Shown here: one piece after another, positions 1-9,651 of the stretch | How the letters are laid out: every line of letters starts with the position of its first letter | Position numbering within the stretch: position 1 is the stretch's first letter | Assembly: GCA_052145195.1 (NCBI GenBank) | Contig: JBKQPC010000030.1 | Coordinates: forward strand, 69,398-133,397 | Length of the DNA stretch: 64,000 nucleotides | Direction of reading: 5' to 3' | Source: Terracidiphilus sp. | GTDB lineage: Bacteria; Acidobacteriota; Terriglobia; Terriglobales; Acidobacteriaceae | Program-made: the position numbers and the translations under genes | Notes under the pieces: model-generated | Seen by the model: only the letters and a program-made list of their open reading frames with translations | Databases searched by the model: none | What the model was told of the DNA's origin: nothing

Positions 1-30
1 GAAATTCCGGTTTCGCGCTACAATCATGAA

Positions 31-303
31 GTGGAGATCACGTTCGACCCACGGAAGAGCGAGCGCAATTTGCGCGAGCGCGGATTTGGTTTTGAGATTG
101 CATCAGGATTCGATTTAAGCTCAGCCATTTACGCCATCGATACGCGCAAGGACTACGGCGAAGTTCGCATCCGGACACTTGGGTTGATTGGGGATACGCT
201 TTATGCCTTGGTATTCACCATGCGCGACGGCGTTCTCCGGGTTATCAGTCTGAGAAAGGCTAGCCGTAAGGAGCGAAATCGATATGAAAAAGCCAGATTC
301 TGA
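31..303 (+). CDS. brnT: BrnT family type II toxin (RelE-like RNase)
   Basis: 90 aa; ITFDPRKSERNLRERG, DYGEVR and RVISLRKASRKER motifs typical of BrnT; TACAAT 6 nt upstream of the GTG. Confidence 0.9.
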   Translation: MEITFDPRKSERNLRERGFGFEIASGFDLSSAIYAIDTRKDYGEVRIRTLGLIGDTLYALVFTMRDGVLRVISLRKASRKERNRYEKARF

Positions 304-460
304 GTTGATTGACTCCGAAAACCCAGAATGGACCGAGGAAGACTTCACAAAGGCGGTTCCGTTCTCCGATCTGCCTGTCGAATTGCAGAACCAACTCTCT
401 TCACTGAAGAAGGAGAGAGAAGAGACTAATTCCCGGCCTGCCCGTCAGCCCGCGGCATGA
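284..460 (+). CDS. Short BrnA-like antitoxin (N-terminal part only, 58 aa)
   Basis: Read manually: MKKPDSELIDSENPEWTEEDFTKAVPFSDLPVELQNQLSSLKKEREETNSRPARQPAA*. Overlaps the brnT end; D-x-ENPEWT-x-EDF matches the BrnA N-terminus. Confidence 0.7.
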   Translation: MKKPDSELIDSENPEWTEEDFTKAVPFSDLPVELQNQLSSLKKEREETNSRPARQPAA

Positions 461-1587
461 CAAGTAGGCGTGCGAGGATTCTATTGAACCTGAATACATT
501 CCTATGCACATTTTTATCAAGTGGCGGGAGGATACGCCGGTCTATCTTTGTCACCTTCATAACTCTTTGTGCGGGTTTGTCTGGAACGAGTTACTGCCAA
601 ACCACAGAACCAACGGACAATCCACAAAGCGATGAAAGAGCCGTCATCGCATTTGGCGGGGATGTGATGGTTCCGGCAAAGGTGGGGAAGGCGAGGACGG
701 CAGCTTTTTTATCTGGACTGGCAGAGACGTTTTCGAAGGCCGATGCGGCGTTTGTGAATCTGGAAGGCCCCATCGGGGGAGATCCCACGGACATTAAGAA
801 GTGCAAAACAGAAGACTGCCACATATTGGGGCAATCACCCTGGATAGCGCAATCATTGGCAAATATCGGCGTGAAAGTTGTTTCGGTGGCCAATAATCAT
901 GCCGGAGATATGGGAAGAAGCGGCATGGCATCCACCGATGCGGCGCTGGCCAAGGCGGGGATCAAAACGGCTGGCAGGATGAACCATCAAGTTGCCATTC
1001 TGGAGATTGGGGGAATGCGCATCGCTTTTCTCGGATTTGCCAGCTTCAACGGGGTTCCTGATCTGCGTGACCGGGATTCCGCCGTGGCGCAGATCCGAGA
1101 GGCCAAGGCTCACTATGACGCGGTGGTGGTGTCGATGCATGCCGGATGCGAAGGCGAGGATGCCGGCGAGATTCCAGACGGGGAGGAAAAATGCTATGGC
1201 GAGAACAGAGGCGATACCAAAGGATTTGCCAGGGCCGCGGCAGACGCTGGAGCAATGATAGTCGTCGGACATGGGCCGCATGTATCACGCGGATGGGAGA
1301 ACTGGAACGGAGTTCCCATCTTTTATTCGCTGGGCAACCTTGCCACTGGCGCGGGAATCCGGGTTTCGGGTAAAGCCGCGCTGGCACCTGTGCTGTTGGC
1401 TACATTTCAACGAAATCAAGATGGATTAGTCCAGGTAGCCTCGTTTGAAATTGTTTCGTTCAAGCAGAGTTATGGAACGGGCCCAAGACTAGACCCGGAT
1501 GGCGCGGCTAAGAAAGAGATGGTTGCTCTTAGCGAAAAACTCATTCAGTCACCTTCCCTGTCATTGCCAGACCAACCACAAAAGTAG
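457..1587 (+). CDS. CapA/PGA_cap family metallophosphoesterase (exported)
   Basis: GGDVM, VNLEGP, ANNHAGDMG, SMHAG, GHGPHV and YSLGN motifs. Confidence 0.85.
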   Translation: MTSRRARILLNLNTFLCTFLSSGGRIRRSIFVTFITLCAGLSGTSYCQTTEPTDNPQSDERAVIAFGGDVMVPAKVGKARTAAFLSGLAETFSKADAAFVNLEGPIGGDPTDIKKCKTEDCHILGQSPWIAQSLANIGVKVVSVANNHAGDMGRSGMASTDAALAKAGIKTAGRMNHQVAILEIGGMRIAFLGFASFNGVPDLRDRDSAVAQIREAKAHYDAVVVSMHAGCEGEDAGEIPDGEEKCYGENRGDTKGFARAAADAGAMIVVGHGPHVSRGWENWNGVPIFYSLGNLATGAGIRVSGKAALAPVLLATFQRNQDGLVQVASFEIVSFKQSYGTGPRLDPDGAAKKEMVALSEKLIQSPSLSLPDQPQK

Positions 1588-1711
1588 CGATAGCTATGTT
1601 TGTTTTTTTCAGGAAGAAAAGCCTATCACTCAATTGTCACTGTCGATTTAATCCCCATGAATTCAAATCAGCGCGCTGATGTCCATAGACGCTTAACACT
1701 GGTGAACGCTC

Positions 1712-2419
1712 ATGTCTGAGGTCCTCATTCCGACCCCGCGCGGCCAGATGCCCGCATGGCTCGCCGTTCCGCCCACCACAGTTCCGGCTCCTGGTGTCGT
1801 CGTTCTTCATGACGTTCTCGGCATGAGCCTCGATCACCGCAACCAGGCCAACTGGCTCGCAGACGCGGGCTTTATGGCGCTCTCCATCGACCTCTATAAC
1901 AAGGGCGGCTTGTTGCTCTGTCTGCGCTCGGTGATTCGCGACCTGATGGCCCGCAGCGGAGCGGCCTTCGACGATGTGGAAGCCGCGCGCAGCTGGCTCC
2001 TCGCCCAACCCAACTCGAATGGCAAAGTAGGCGTCATTGGCTTCTGCATGGGCGGTGGATTTGCGCTGCTGCTAGCGAGCGGCCACGGCTTCTCGGCGGC
2101 CAGCGTGAATTATGGAGGCAAGCTGCCGCCAGATGTGGACGAGTTTCTTAAGACAGCCTGCCCGGTGGCCGGCAGCTACGGCGGCCAGGCCAAGTGGGAG
2201 CAGGGCGCCGCCGATGAGTTGCAACGCGCTCTGGAACGCGCCCTTGTTCCGCATGATGTGAAGGAGTACCCGGATGCCGGCCACTCCTTTATGAACAAAC
2301 ATCGTGGCTACGGCTTTTTGAAGTTACTGCGCTACAAGGCCGTCGGCTACGATGAGACGGCCATGATGGATGCGCGGCGGCGGATTATTGCTTTCTTTCA
2401 TACGCACCTTGGAGGCTAA
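1712..2419 (+). CDS. Dienelactone hydrolase family protein
   Basis: GVIGFCMGG nucleophile motif; YPDAGHSF. Confidence 0.9.
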   Translation: MSEVLIPTPRGQMPAWLAVPPTTVPAPGVVVLHDVLGMSLDHRNQANWLADAGFMALSIDLYNKGGLLLCLRSVIRDLMARSGAAFDDVEAARSWLLAQPNSNGKVGVIGFCMGGGFALLLASGHGFSAASVNYGGKLPPDVDEFLKTACPVAGSYGGQAKWEQGAADELQRALERALVPHDVKEYPDAGHSFMNKHRGYGFLKLLRYKAVGYDETAMMDARRRIIAFFHTHLGG

Positions 2420-2422
2420 CAA

Positions 2423-3163
2423 ATGGAAGCAACTGGAACGGAGAAGGAAAAAACTGGCAGTGGAGATTCCGGCGATCTGAACGGCCTATGCCGGATTGGA
2501 GGCATCGCCGCGTTTGTTCTAATCGTTTACTCACTGGCGACGATGGTTCAGATGGTGGTGCTGGGCGGCCAGCCCGCAACTGCCGCGCAGGCCTTCGATC
2601 TGCTGCAGCACAACAGGGTCGTGGGGTTGCTGCGGCTGGACCTGCCCACAGTTGCCGTGCTGCCACTCTACTACCTGCTGTTTCTCGGCCTCTATGCAGC
2701 GCTGAAACAGAGCGACCGCGCGAATGCTCTGCTCTCCACGACGCTGGCTTTCGCCGGAGTGACTCTGGTGCTCGCCACGCCTACCGCGCTTTCGATGATA
2801 CCGCTGAGCGACAAATTTGCGGCGGCGACTACCGAGGCTGCGCGAGCGCAACTGCTGGCCGCGGGTGAAGCGATCATGGCCGCTGATATATGGCACGCCA
2901 CAGGCGCCATCCTCGGCGGAGTGCTTCTGCAGTGCGGCGCGGTGCTGATCTCGGTTGTCATGCTGCGGGGCGGGGTTTTCAGCAAAACAACGGCCTGGCT
3001 GGGCATCGTGATGCACGGACTCGATCTGGCGCACATCCTTGGAGGGATGATTCTGCCCATCTCCGGCGTTATTCTGCTGGCCATCGCCGGCCCGCTTTAT
3101 CCGGTTTGGTTGTTTCTTGTGGGGCGCAGATTACTGAAGCTGGCGGGCAAAAATGTGGGATAA
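2423..3163 (+). CDS. DUF4386-like multi-pass membrane protein
   Basis: About 6 hydrophobic helices; pattern resembles the other two DUF4386-like genes in the window; GGAGG RBS. Confidence 0.65.
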   Translation: MEATGTEKEKTGSGDSGDLNGLCRIGGIAAFVLIVYSLATMVQMVVLGGQPATAAQAFDLLQHNRVVGLLRLDLPTVAVLPLYYLLFLGLYAALKQSDRANALLSTTLAFAGVTLVLATPTALSMIPLSDKFAAATTEAARAQLLAAGEAIMAADIWHATGAILGGVLLQCGAVLISVVMLRGGVFSKTTAWLGIVMHGLDLAHILGGMILPISGVILLAIAGPLYPVWLFLVGRRLLKLAGKNVG

Positions 3164-3169
3164 TGCTAT

Positions 3170-3484
3170 ATGGCCAGTCTTCCACAATTCGAGAGGGAGG
3201 GCATCCATCCGAGCGCCACTCAGCCAGGCAAACCTGAAGCTTTAAGTCCATTGATCCGGGATAAGGACTCTGCTGGTCCGGCTCGAAGAATGAAGCGTTA
3301 CCGAATACTTGTCGCGCGTGTGGTCGATGTGTTCGGGGATGAGCTCAAGGCATCCCGGTGGCTATCACTTCCGAATCGGGAACTTGACGGACAGATACCC
3401 ATTCAAGTTGCAGAGAAGGACGGGTATAGCCTCAAGTCAATCGAGCCATTGCTCATCCGCATCGAGCATGGAGTCTATGATTGA
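3170..3484 (+). CDS. Xre/MbcA/ParS-type antitoxin (DUF2384 C-terminal domain)
   Basis: VFGDELKASRWLSLPNRELDGQIP...LIRIEHGVY; overlaps the RES gene by 4 nt. Confidence 0.85.
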   Translation: MASLPQFEREGIHPSATQPGKPEALSPLIRDKDSAGPARRMKRYRILVARVVDVFGDELKASRWLSLPNRELDGQIPIQVAEKDGYSLKSIEPLLIRIEHGVYD

Positions 3485-4035
3485 CGCCCGAAGATCAATC
3501 ACTCGACCCTCATTACTTTCTGGATCATCAGCCGCTTACGCTTTTTCGGCTCACGAAAACAAAATATGCAAACCTGTCAGGCGTAGGAGCTGCGCTTGTT
3601 CCTGGCCGCTGGAATAACTCTGGACAGGAGGCCATCTATACCTCAACAGAGGTTGGTACATGTGGGCTGGAGATGCTGGCACATACATCGAAAGCCCTGA
3701 TCCCCTCCAACCTGGCTCTGATGAAGATACGGGTCTCAGGACAGTGGGAACCTCACAAGGATGTCCTGTTCGACGCGAAGACGAGCGGAAGCCTTCGGAT
3801 CTATAGGTCTATTGCCGAAACAAGGGATGATTACCAAGAATCTCAGCATTGGTTTCCAGGTGACGACAACCCGTTCGCAGTGGCGGTCCCTTCGGTGATC
3901 GTTCCTGCGTGGAATGTCGTTCTTTTCCCGCAGGGGAAAGGGTTCTGGGAACACGTCTCGCTGGAAAGCGTCGAACCATTTCAATTCGATCCGCGGCTGT
4001 TTCCAGACGATGCTCTAGCGGAACCCAAAGAATAA
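3481..4035 (+). CDS. RES domain toxin (MbcT/ParT-like)
   Basis: FRL...LSGVGAALVPGRWN...YTS...LE; VPSVIVP; FDPRLF. Confidence 0.88.
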   Translation: MTPEDQSLDPHYFLDHQPLTLFRLTKTKYANLSGVGAALVPGRWNNSGQEAIYTSTEVGTCGLEMLAHTSKALIPSNLALMKIRVSGQWEPHKDVLFDAKTSGSLRIYRSIAETRDDYQESQHWFPGDDNPFAVAVPSVIVPAWNVVLFPQGKGFWEHVSLESVEPFQFDPRLFPDDALAEPKE

Positions 4036-4054
4036 CATCATCGGTTAGTGCTTA

Positions 4055-4090
4055 TCGTGTGAGGAGCAGTTTAAGCAGCTCCTCACACGA
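4055..4090. terminator. Hairpin between convergent RES toxin and helicase genes
   Basis: TCGTGTGAGGAGC / GCTCCTCACACGA perfect 13-bp inverted repeat. Confidence 0.7.
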
Positions 4091-4097
4091 CTTGTAT

Positions 4098-5246
4098 TTA
4101 TGCTGCCTTTGCATCTCCCGCCGACCTTACGCGGAAGCGCTTCATCTGGATGGACAGGGTGCGCTCGATCTTGCGCAGATCGTTGCGCTCCGCGGGGCCG
4201 GCAAAGGTGGAGGCTACGCCGTGGGCTGACGCGCGGCCTGTACGGCCAACGCGATGGACAAAGTCCTCGGCCATCTTGGGCATGTCAAAGTTGATGACGT
4301 GGGCCACGTTGGCCACATCAATGCCGCGAGCGGCTACGTCGGTGGCGACTAGCACGCGGTGACGGCCCTCGGAGAAGCTGCGCAGGGCCTGGTTGCGCTG
4401 GGCCTGCGAACGGTCGCCGTGAATCTGCGTGGCGGAATGTCCGCTGCGAACCAGCCGGCGCGCCACGCGGTCGGCGCCATGCTTGGTGCGCACGAAGACC
4501 AGAAAGCTGCCAGTCTCCGCGCCCAGCAGGTGCTCGAGCAGCTCCTGCTTCTTGTCTGGCTCGACCTCGAAGGTGCGCAGCTCGACGTTTTCCGCGGGCT
4601 TGAGCACCGAGCCGATCTCGACGCGAACGGGATTCGAGAGGTACTTGCGCGCGACTTCTCTGACTGAGCCTTCGAGCGTGGCGGAATAGCAGAGGGTTTG
4701 GCGGACGGCGGGCAGCGCGGTTGCGATGCGGGCGATGGCCGGCTGGAAGCCCATGTCCAACATGCGGTCCACTTCATCGAGGACCAGGATTTTTACTCCG
4801 TCGAGGCGGACGAGCTTGCGCTTGAGATAGTCCTCCAGGCGTCCGGGAGTGGCTACGATGAGGCGCGCGCCGCGGCGGATGGCGTCGAGTTGCGAGCGCT
4901 CGGCGAGACCGCCGACTACCAGGGCCACGGATTGCGCGGAGTTGGTGCGGACGGCAAGGAAGGCCTGCTCCACCTGCATGGCAAGCTCGCGCGTGGGTAG
5001 AACGATGAGGGCCAATGCTTGCTTGGCTTCGACTTTCTGCATCATCTCGATGATGGGGATGAGGAAGCCGAGCGTCTTACCGGTTCCGGTCTGCGCGGTG
5101 GCCAGCACATCGCGGCCTTCGAGAGCAGGCGGGATGCAAGCGGCCTGCACCGGTGTGGGAAGTACAAACTTGTTGGCGTCAAGCCGCGCCATTAAGGCGG
5201 GCGAAAGAGAAAACTTAGAAAACTGTGTTGTCAAAATAGGGTACAT
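4098..5246 (-). CDS. DEAD-box RNA helicase (RhlE-like)
   Basis: Q motif, AQTGTGKT, PTRELA, TPGRL, DEVD, SAT, ARGID and HRVGRTGR motifs; true start may be TTG at 5234. Confidence 0.95.
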   Translation of the reverse strand: MYPILTTQFSKFSLSPALMARLDANKFVLPTPVQAACIPPALEGRDVLATAQTGTGKTLGFLIPIIEMMQKVEAKQALALIVLPTRELAMQVEQAFLAVRTNSAQSVALVVGGLAERSQLDAIRRGARLIVATPGRLEDYLKRKLVRLDGVKILVLDEVDRMLDMGFQPAIARIATALPAVRQTLCYSATLEGSVREVARKYLSNPVRVEIGSVLKPAENVELRTFEVEPDKKQELLEHLLGAETGSFLVFVRTKHGADRVARRLVRSGHSATQIHGDRSQAQRNQALRSFSEGRHRVLVATDVAARGIDVANVAHVINFDMPKMAEDFVHRVGRTGRASAHGVASTFAGPAERNDLRKIERTLSIQMKRFRVRSAGDAKAA

Positions 5247-5703
5247 TCCTGTTGGGCTCCGCGAGCGCCAGTTTCCCTGACGCCTGCAATCGGAACCGGA
5301 CGAAGAGGCGCGCGCGCCCGTTTGAGGGCGCGAGCCTGCTAATTAATTTGCGTAAGGGAGAACCGAAAGTCGAATCTAAGACTAGCCAGACATTCAAGGG
5401 GAGAACGCCTGCGCCCGGAGCTGCCGCACGCTACTTCATCGCCAGACGGCACATTGCCGGCCGGCTCCACGCTCCCACGCTTTCAAGCGCTTCCTGGTTT
5501 GCCGGCGCGGCTTCCTTGGTTGGAGGAGACGAACGCACAGTCTACTGCCAGGCCTGGTTTGACCCATGGCAGAGGCCCCCAGGATGGGAGACCACGTGGA
5601 TTACGCTTGAGGGGCTTGGGGAAAACTGTGCCAGGCAAACTTGCCTTGGAAGGGGCTCGCTGCCGCTCACGGCCAAATCACTGAGCGCAAGTACAGTGTA
5701 ACA
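5247..5703 (-). promoter_or_regulatory. Extended -10 promoter (TGT-TACACT) and long structured 5' leader of the helicase
   Basis: TGtTACACT on the minus strand at 5695-5703; several GC-rich stem-loops between it and the start codon. Confidence 0.5.
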
Positions 5704-5736
5704 CAGAATAGCTATAAATATTTGTGGTTATAGATA

Positions 5737-5784
5737 TCCCACCTTAGGCGCAAAAACAAGAACGCGCTAAAGGTGGGGCATCCG
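5737..5784. repeat. REP-like palindrome (TCCCACC...GGTGGGGCATCC family)
   Basis: CCCACCTT..GCG / CGC..AAGGTGGG stem ending in GGGGCATCC; related copies at 14575, 38265, 50309 and 59604. Confidence 0.7.
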
Positions 5785-5875
5785 CTGTTGTGGAACCAAC
5801 CGCTGTTGCGGAACACTTCGCACACGGTCAGCACGTAAAATACTCTTTAGGGAGAATGCATCTCCCAGGTGCCTC

Positions 5876-7357
5876 ATGATTGATCCGAAGAATATGTCCG
5901 GCATTGACCCTCAGGCGGAGGCGCGTGAAACCCTCGATCCGGCGGATTGGGATGCTTTTCGCGCACAGGCGCATCAGATGCTGGACGATATGCTCGGCTA
6001 TATCGAGACAATTCGCGAGCGGCCTGTGTGGCAGCCGATTCCAGAGGAAGGGCGAGAGCGCTTTCACACTGCCGCGCCGCGGAAGGGCGAAGAGCTGGCG
6101 CGGGTCCATGCGGAGTTCATGCGGGATGTGCTGCCCTTCGCCATGGGCAATGTGCATCCGGGATTTATGGGCTGGGTGAATGGCGGCGGCACTCCGGTGG
6201 GCATGCTGGCGGATATGCTGGCCGCGGGGCTTAACGCGAACCTCGGTGGCCGCGATCATATCCCGGTCGCGGTGGAGCGTCAGGTGAGCGAATGGATGCG
6301 GGAGATCTTCGGATTCCCGCATGGCGCGAGCGGATTGTTTGTCACCGGAACGTCGATGGCGAATCTGATAGCCGTGGTGATTGCACGGGACGCCGCGCTG
6401 GGCGTCGAAGTGCGCGCGAGTGGAGTGGCTGCGGAGACGAGGCGGCTGAGAGCGTACGCATCGACCGCGGTGCATAGCTGCGTGCCCAAAGCTATGGACA
6501 TTGCCGGGCTGGGCAGTGACGCGTTGCGGCTCATCCCCGTTGACCGCCGCTACCGGATCGATCTGAGAGCGCTTGCGACAGCGATTGAGCGGGATCGCGA
6601 GGCGGGCTTCACGCCATTTTTTATAGTGGGAACCGCGGGAACGGTGGATACGGGAGCGATCGACGATCTGACTGGAATGGCTGAGCTTTGCCAGCGTGAA
6701 AAGCTATGGTTCCACGTGGACGGAGCCTTTGGCGCGCTGGCCAGACTGGCTCCGGATCTTGCTGCACGGCTGGACGGAATTGAGCGCGCCGATTCGCTGG
6801 CTTTTGACTTTCACAAGTGGGGACAAGCGCCTTACGACGCAGGCTTCATTCTGGTGCGTGACTCGGAGACGCACAAGCAGGCCTTCATAATGCAAACAGC
6901 GTACCTGGCGCGGGCGGAGCGAGGATTGGCCGCAGGTTCACCCTGGCCCTGCGACTTTGGGCCGGATCTCTCGCGGGGCTTTCGCGCGCTGAAGGTCTGG
7001 TTCACGCTGAAGGTTCTGGGCACGGAGCGGCTGGGAGCGTCAATCTCCCGCTGCTGCGCGCTGGCCCGGTATCTGGAGGGCCGCATCAACGCGGCACCTG
7101 AGTTGGAATTGATGGCCCCGGTGGAGCTGAATATCGCCTGCTTCCGTTATCGCGCCGCAGATTCGGACAGTGTGAATGCTGAGATAGCCATCCGGCTGCA
7201 GGAGTCGGGGGTGGTGGCGCCGTCCACGACACGGATCGGAGGGTACACGGCGATACGAGCGGCAATCGTGAACCACCGCACCGGGCGCGCGGAAATGGAC
7301 GCCTTGGTGGACGGCACGCTGGCGAAGGGCCGCGCCCTAACCTCAGGCAGGGAGTAA
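5876..7357 (+). CDS. Group II PLP-dependent amino acid decarboxylase
   Basis: HPGFMGW, GTAGTVDTGAID, HVDGAFG, DFHKW (PLP lysine) and SRGFRALKVW motifs. Confidence 0.92.
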   Translation: MIDPKNMSGIDPQAEARETLDPADWDAFRAQAHQMLDDMLGYIETIRERPVWQPIPEEGRERFHTAAPRKGEELARVHAEFMRDVLPFAMGNVHPGFMGWVNGGGTPVGMLADMLAAGLNANLGGRDHIPVAVERQVSEWMREIFGFPHGASGLFVTGTSMANLIAVVIARDAALGVEVRASGVAAETRRLRAYASTAVHSCVPKAMDIAGLGSDALRLIPVDRRYRIDLRALATAIERDREAGFTPFFIVGTAGTVDTGAIDDLTGMAELCQREKLWFHVDGAFGALARLAPDLAARLDGIERADSLAFDFHKWGQAPYDAGFILVRDSETHKQAFIMQTAYLARAERGLAAGSPWPCDFGPDLSRGFRALKVWFTLKVLGTERLGASISRCCALARYLEGRINAAPELELMAPVELNIACFRYRAADSDSVNAEIAIRLQESGVVAPSTTRIGGYTAIRAAIVNHRTGRAEMDALVDGTLAKGRALTSGRE

Positions 7358-7464
7358 AGCTCGTCACGACTCAGCATGATTATTTCTAAGAAAAGTTTAG
7401 ATCTGTCAATCCAGCATTTTTCAGTTCGAACTCTGCAACCATTTGGTGCGTTTACACTAATAGA

Positions 7465-7905
7465 GTGGAAGAAAGTCAGCCCAAGACGGATTCCCGACCT
7501 GCCGGTTTCGCGCTCCGCTTCGTGGCGGCGGCGCTGATTGTGCGCGACGGCGAGATACTGATCGGGCAACGCCGCCCGAATCAGCCGATGGCGCTCAAGT
7601 GGGAATTTCCCGGCGGCAAAATCGAGCCAGGCGAGAGCCCGCAGCAGGCGCTGGCCCGCGAGCTGCACGAAGAGTTGGGCATCACGGCTACTATCGGCCC
7701 CCTTGTTACACGCATTCGCCACAACTATCGCCATGGCGGCGCGGTGGATTTGCAGTTTTTTGCGGTGCACGAGTTTTCCGGGGAGATCGTGAACCATATC
7801 TACCATGAGTTTCGCTGGGTGCGGCTGGAAGAGCTATCCGGCTATGAGTTTCTGGCCGCCGATCGCGGACTGATTAAGGATTTGGCCGAGGGAAAGCTGC
7901 TGTAG
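7465..7905 (+). CDS. NUDIX hydrolase, MutT/NudG family
   Basis: Nudix box WEFPGGKIEPGESPQQALARELHEELG. Confidence 0.92.
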   Translation: MEESQPKTDSRPAGFALRFVAAALIVRDGEILIGQRRPNQPMALKWEFPGGKIEPGESPQQALARELHEELGITATIGPLVTRIRHNYRHGGAVDLQFFAVHEFSGEIVNHIYHEFRWVRLEELSGYEFLAADRGLIKDLAEGKLL

Positions 7906-7935
7906 GCGCCGTTATGGGGCGGACGCGCATCGGCC

Positions 7936-8682
7936 TCACGACCCCGGCGATACCTCTTTCAATGCCGCGCTGGCCTGCTGCCTCCATCGCTGCGAGTTCA
8001 CGCCGAAGATAAGCAACCACAAAATCAGCGATCCTTCCCCGAGCATGCCGGCGGGCATCACGACGCGGGAGAAGAGACTGGCCGCGAGCGGCGGCGACAG
8101 AAAGACCTGATACGTCATACCGGCGATAATCAAAAACGCGCCGATCATTCGAGGCATGAATGTCGACCTGAGAATCAGATAGCCGAGCAGGATGCAGTAG
8201 CATCCGAAGAGCACCATCGTGATGCCGGTAACAATACCATTCAAGTTGAGAGTCAGTAGCGCCATCGCCTGCAACTGTTCCGTCTTGAAAACGCTCAGGT
8301 ATTGCGTTCCTTCCAGGATGGTCAGCGGGGCGATGGTAAAGATGCCGCCAAAGGCCCCGACGACGCATCCGGCCATGCTGAAAAAAGCCGCGAGCAACGA
8401 GACGCTCTTGTTTACCGGCTTCAATATGTCGAATAGAAGCAGCGTCACCGTTATATATAACACAGTCGATATCAGATTGGACGCGAAAGCAATCTGCAAT
8501 AACTTTCCGTTCGTCAGAATGTTGTGCGCGGTGGCCGCGGCATCACCCTTGACTAAAATCTTGCCGTGAACCAAGCCATCGGCATAGGAGAATGCCATAC
8601 CGCTGATCAGGTAGAGGACTCCGGCAAGCCGGGCTTTGAGCGCCGGCGATGATTTTGACAGCCATTTCCTTATCTTGCTCAT
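7936..8682 (-). CDS. DUF4386 family membrane protein
   Basis: ARLAGVLYL, DAAATAHNI, LKPVNKSVSLLA, LGYLILRSTFMPR and LWLLIFGV patterns. Confidence 0.8.
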   Translation of the reverse strand: MSKIRKWLSKSSPALKARLAGVLYLISGMAFSYADGLVHGKILVKGDAAATAHNILTNGKLLQIAFASNLISTVLYITVTLLLFDILKPVNKSVSLLAAFFSMAGCVVGAFGGIFTIAPLTILEGTQYLSVFKTEQLQAMALLTLNLNGIVTGITMVLFGCYCILLGYLILRSTFMPRMIGAFLIIAGMTYQVFLSPPLAASLFSRVVMPAGMLGEGSLILWLLIFGVNSQRWRQQASAALKEVSPGS

Positions 8683-8721
8683 CCTTGCTCCTATGCCGCA
8701 CTTGAGTTGAAATGCAATACG

Positions 8722-9060
8722 TTATTCCTGCTCCTCTGGTTCCGCGGCCGAAGCTTTGCCGCCGCACCAACGGGAGCGCATATCAGCTCTGAATTTCTCC
8801 CGTTCTTCGGGCGTCATCTTCTTCCTGTCTGATTTGTGGTGGCCGTTGCCTCCGCAATTCAAGCGCCCGAAGAGAATCCGGCTAAGAACCAGCAGCCCGA
8901 GGGCCTGCCAGAAGCTGATGGCGCGCACGCCAAAAAGCGCAGGCAGCAGCCAGTTCCACAGATACATCACCACTTCGCCGCCGATCCATATGAAAAGCAC
9001 GAGCGCCAGCGGCGCCACAACAAAGATCCACTTATTTCTTTTGACCCACCCATTTTCCAT
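8722..9060 (-). CDS. Small 2-TM protein downstream of the ECF sigma (putative anti-sigma/partner)
   Basis: VMYLWNWLLPALFG..ISFWQALGLLVLSRILFG; MTPEEREKFR tail. Confidence 0.75.
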   Translation of the reverse strand: MENGWVKRNKWIFVVAPLALVLFIWIGGEVVMYLWNWLLPALFGVRAISFWQALGLLVLSRILFGRLNCGGNGHHKSDRKKMTPEEREKFRADMRSRWCGGKASAAEPEEQE

Positions 9061-9069
9061 GTTGGTTCC

Positions 9070-9651
9070 TCACTTTTCTAAAAACTCATCGTGAATGTGC
9101 TGCAATCGATCGCGCAGACGAAGCACCGCGTAGCGCTTGCGCGCGAGCAGGGTATTGACGCTTACGCCTGTTTGCGCCGACAGCTCCTTGAAGCTGCGCC
9201 CCTCAAATTCGTGGGCAACGAAGACATCTCGCTGCTCGGCGGGCAATTCGGCAAGCGCGGATTCCAATTCATCCAGGAGCAGTTTGCGCAGATATTGCTC
9301 TTCAGGACCTGCATCGGGCGAGATCAGCAGATCTTCGATCGCGAGCAACTCGCCCTCTTCGCCCTCGATTGCCGCATCGCTAAAGTTCTCCGGCTTCTTC
9401 TTGCGGAAGAGATCGGTGATGCGGTTGCGCGCGACGCTATAGAGCCAGCCGGTCACATACTCAACCGGCATCAAAAGGCGGTTGGCTCGCACCAGTTCGT
9501 AGAAGACCTCCTGGACAAGATCTTCGACGTCTGCTTCAAGCGGAACGCGCTTGCGGATGAAGTTGCGCAGCCGGCATCGTTCTTCCGCGATGATTTCGGA
9601 GATGCGCAGGTCTTGCTCGATCATCGAGGTGATTCTCAACGTCCCATCCAC
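9070..9651 (-). CDS. ECF RNA polymerase sigma-70 factor
   Basis: DVEDLVQEVF and WLYSVARNRITD (region 2); LPAEQRDVF...SFKELS...VNTLLARKRYA (region 4); start uncertain (9651 GTG or 9624 ATG). Confidence 0.9.
   Translation of the reverse strand: MDGTLRITSMIEQDLRISEIIAEERCRLRNFIRKRVPLEADVEDLVQEVFYELVRANRLLMPVEYVTGWLYSVARNRITDLFRKKKPENFSDAAIEGEEGELLAIEDLLISPDAGPEEQYLRKLLLDELESALAELPAEQRDVFVAHEFEGRSFKELSAQTGVSVNTLLARKRYAVLRLRDRLQHIHDEFLEK

Noticed and set aside
5252-5701. 149-aa ORF upstream of the helicase
   Set aside because: TTG start, no RBS, no domain features; the region is better explained as the minus-strand leader
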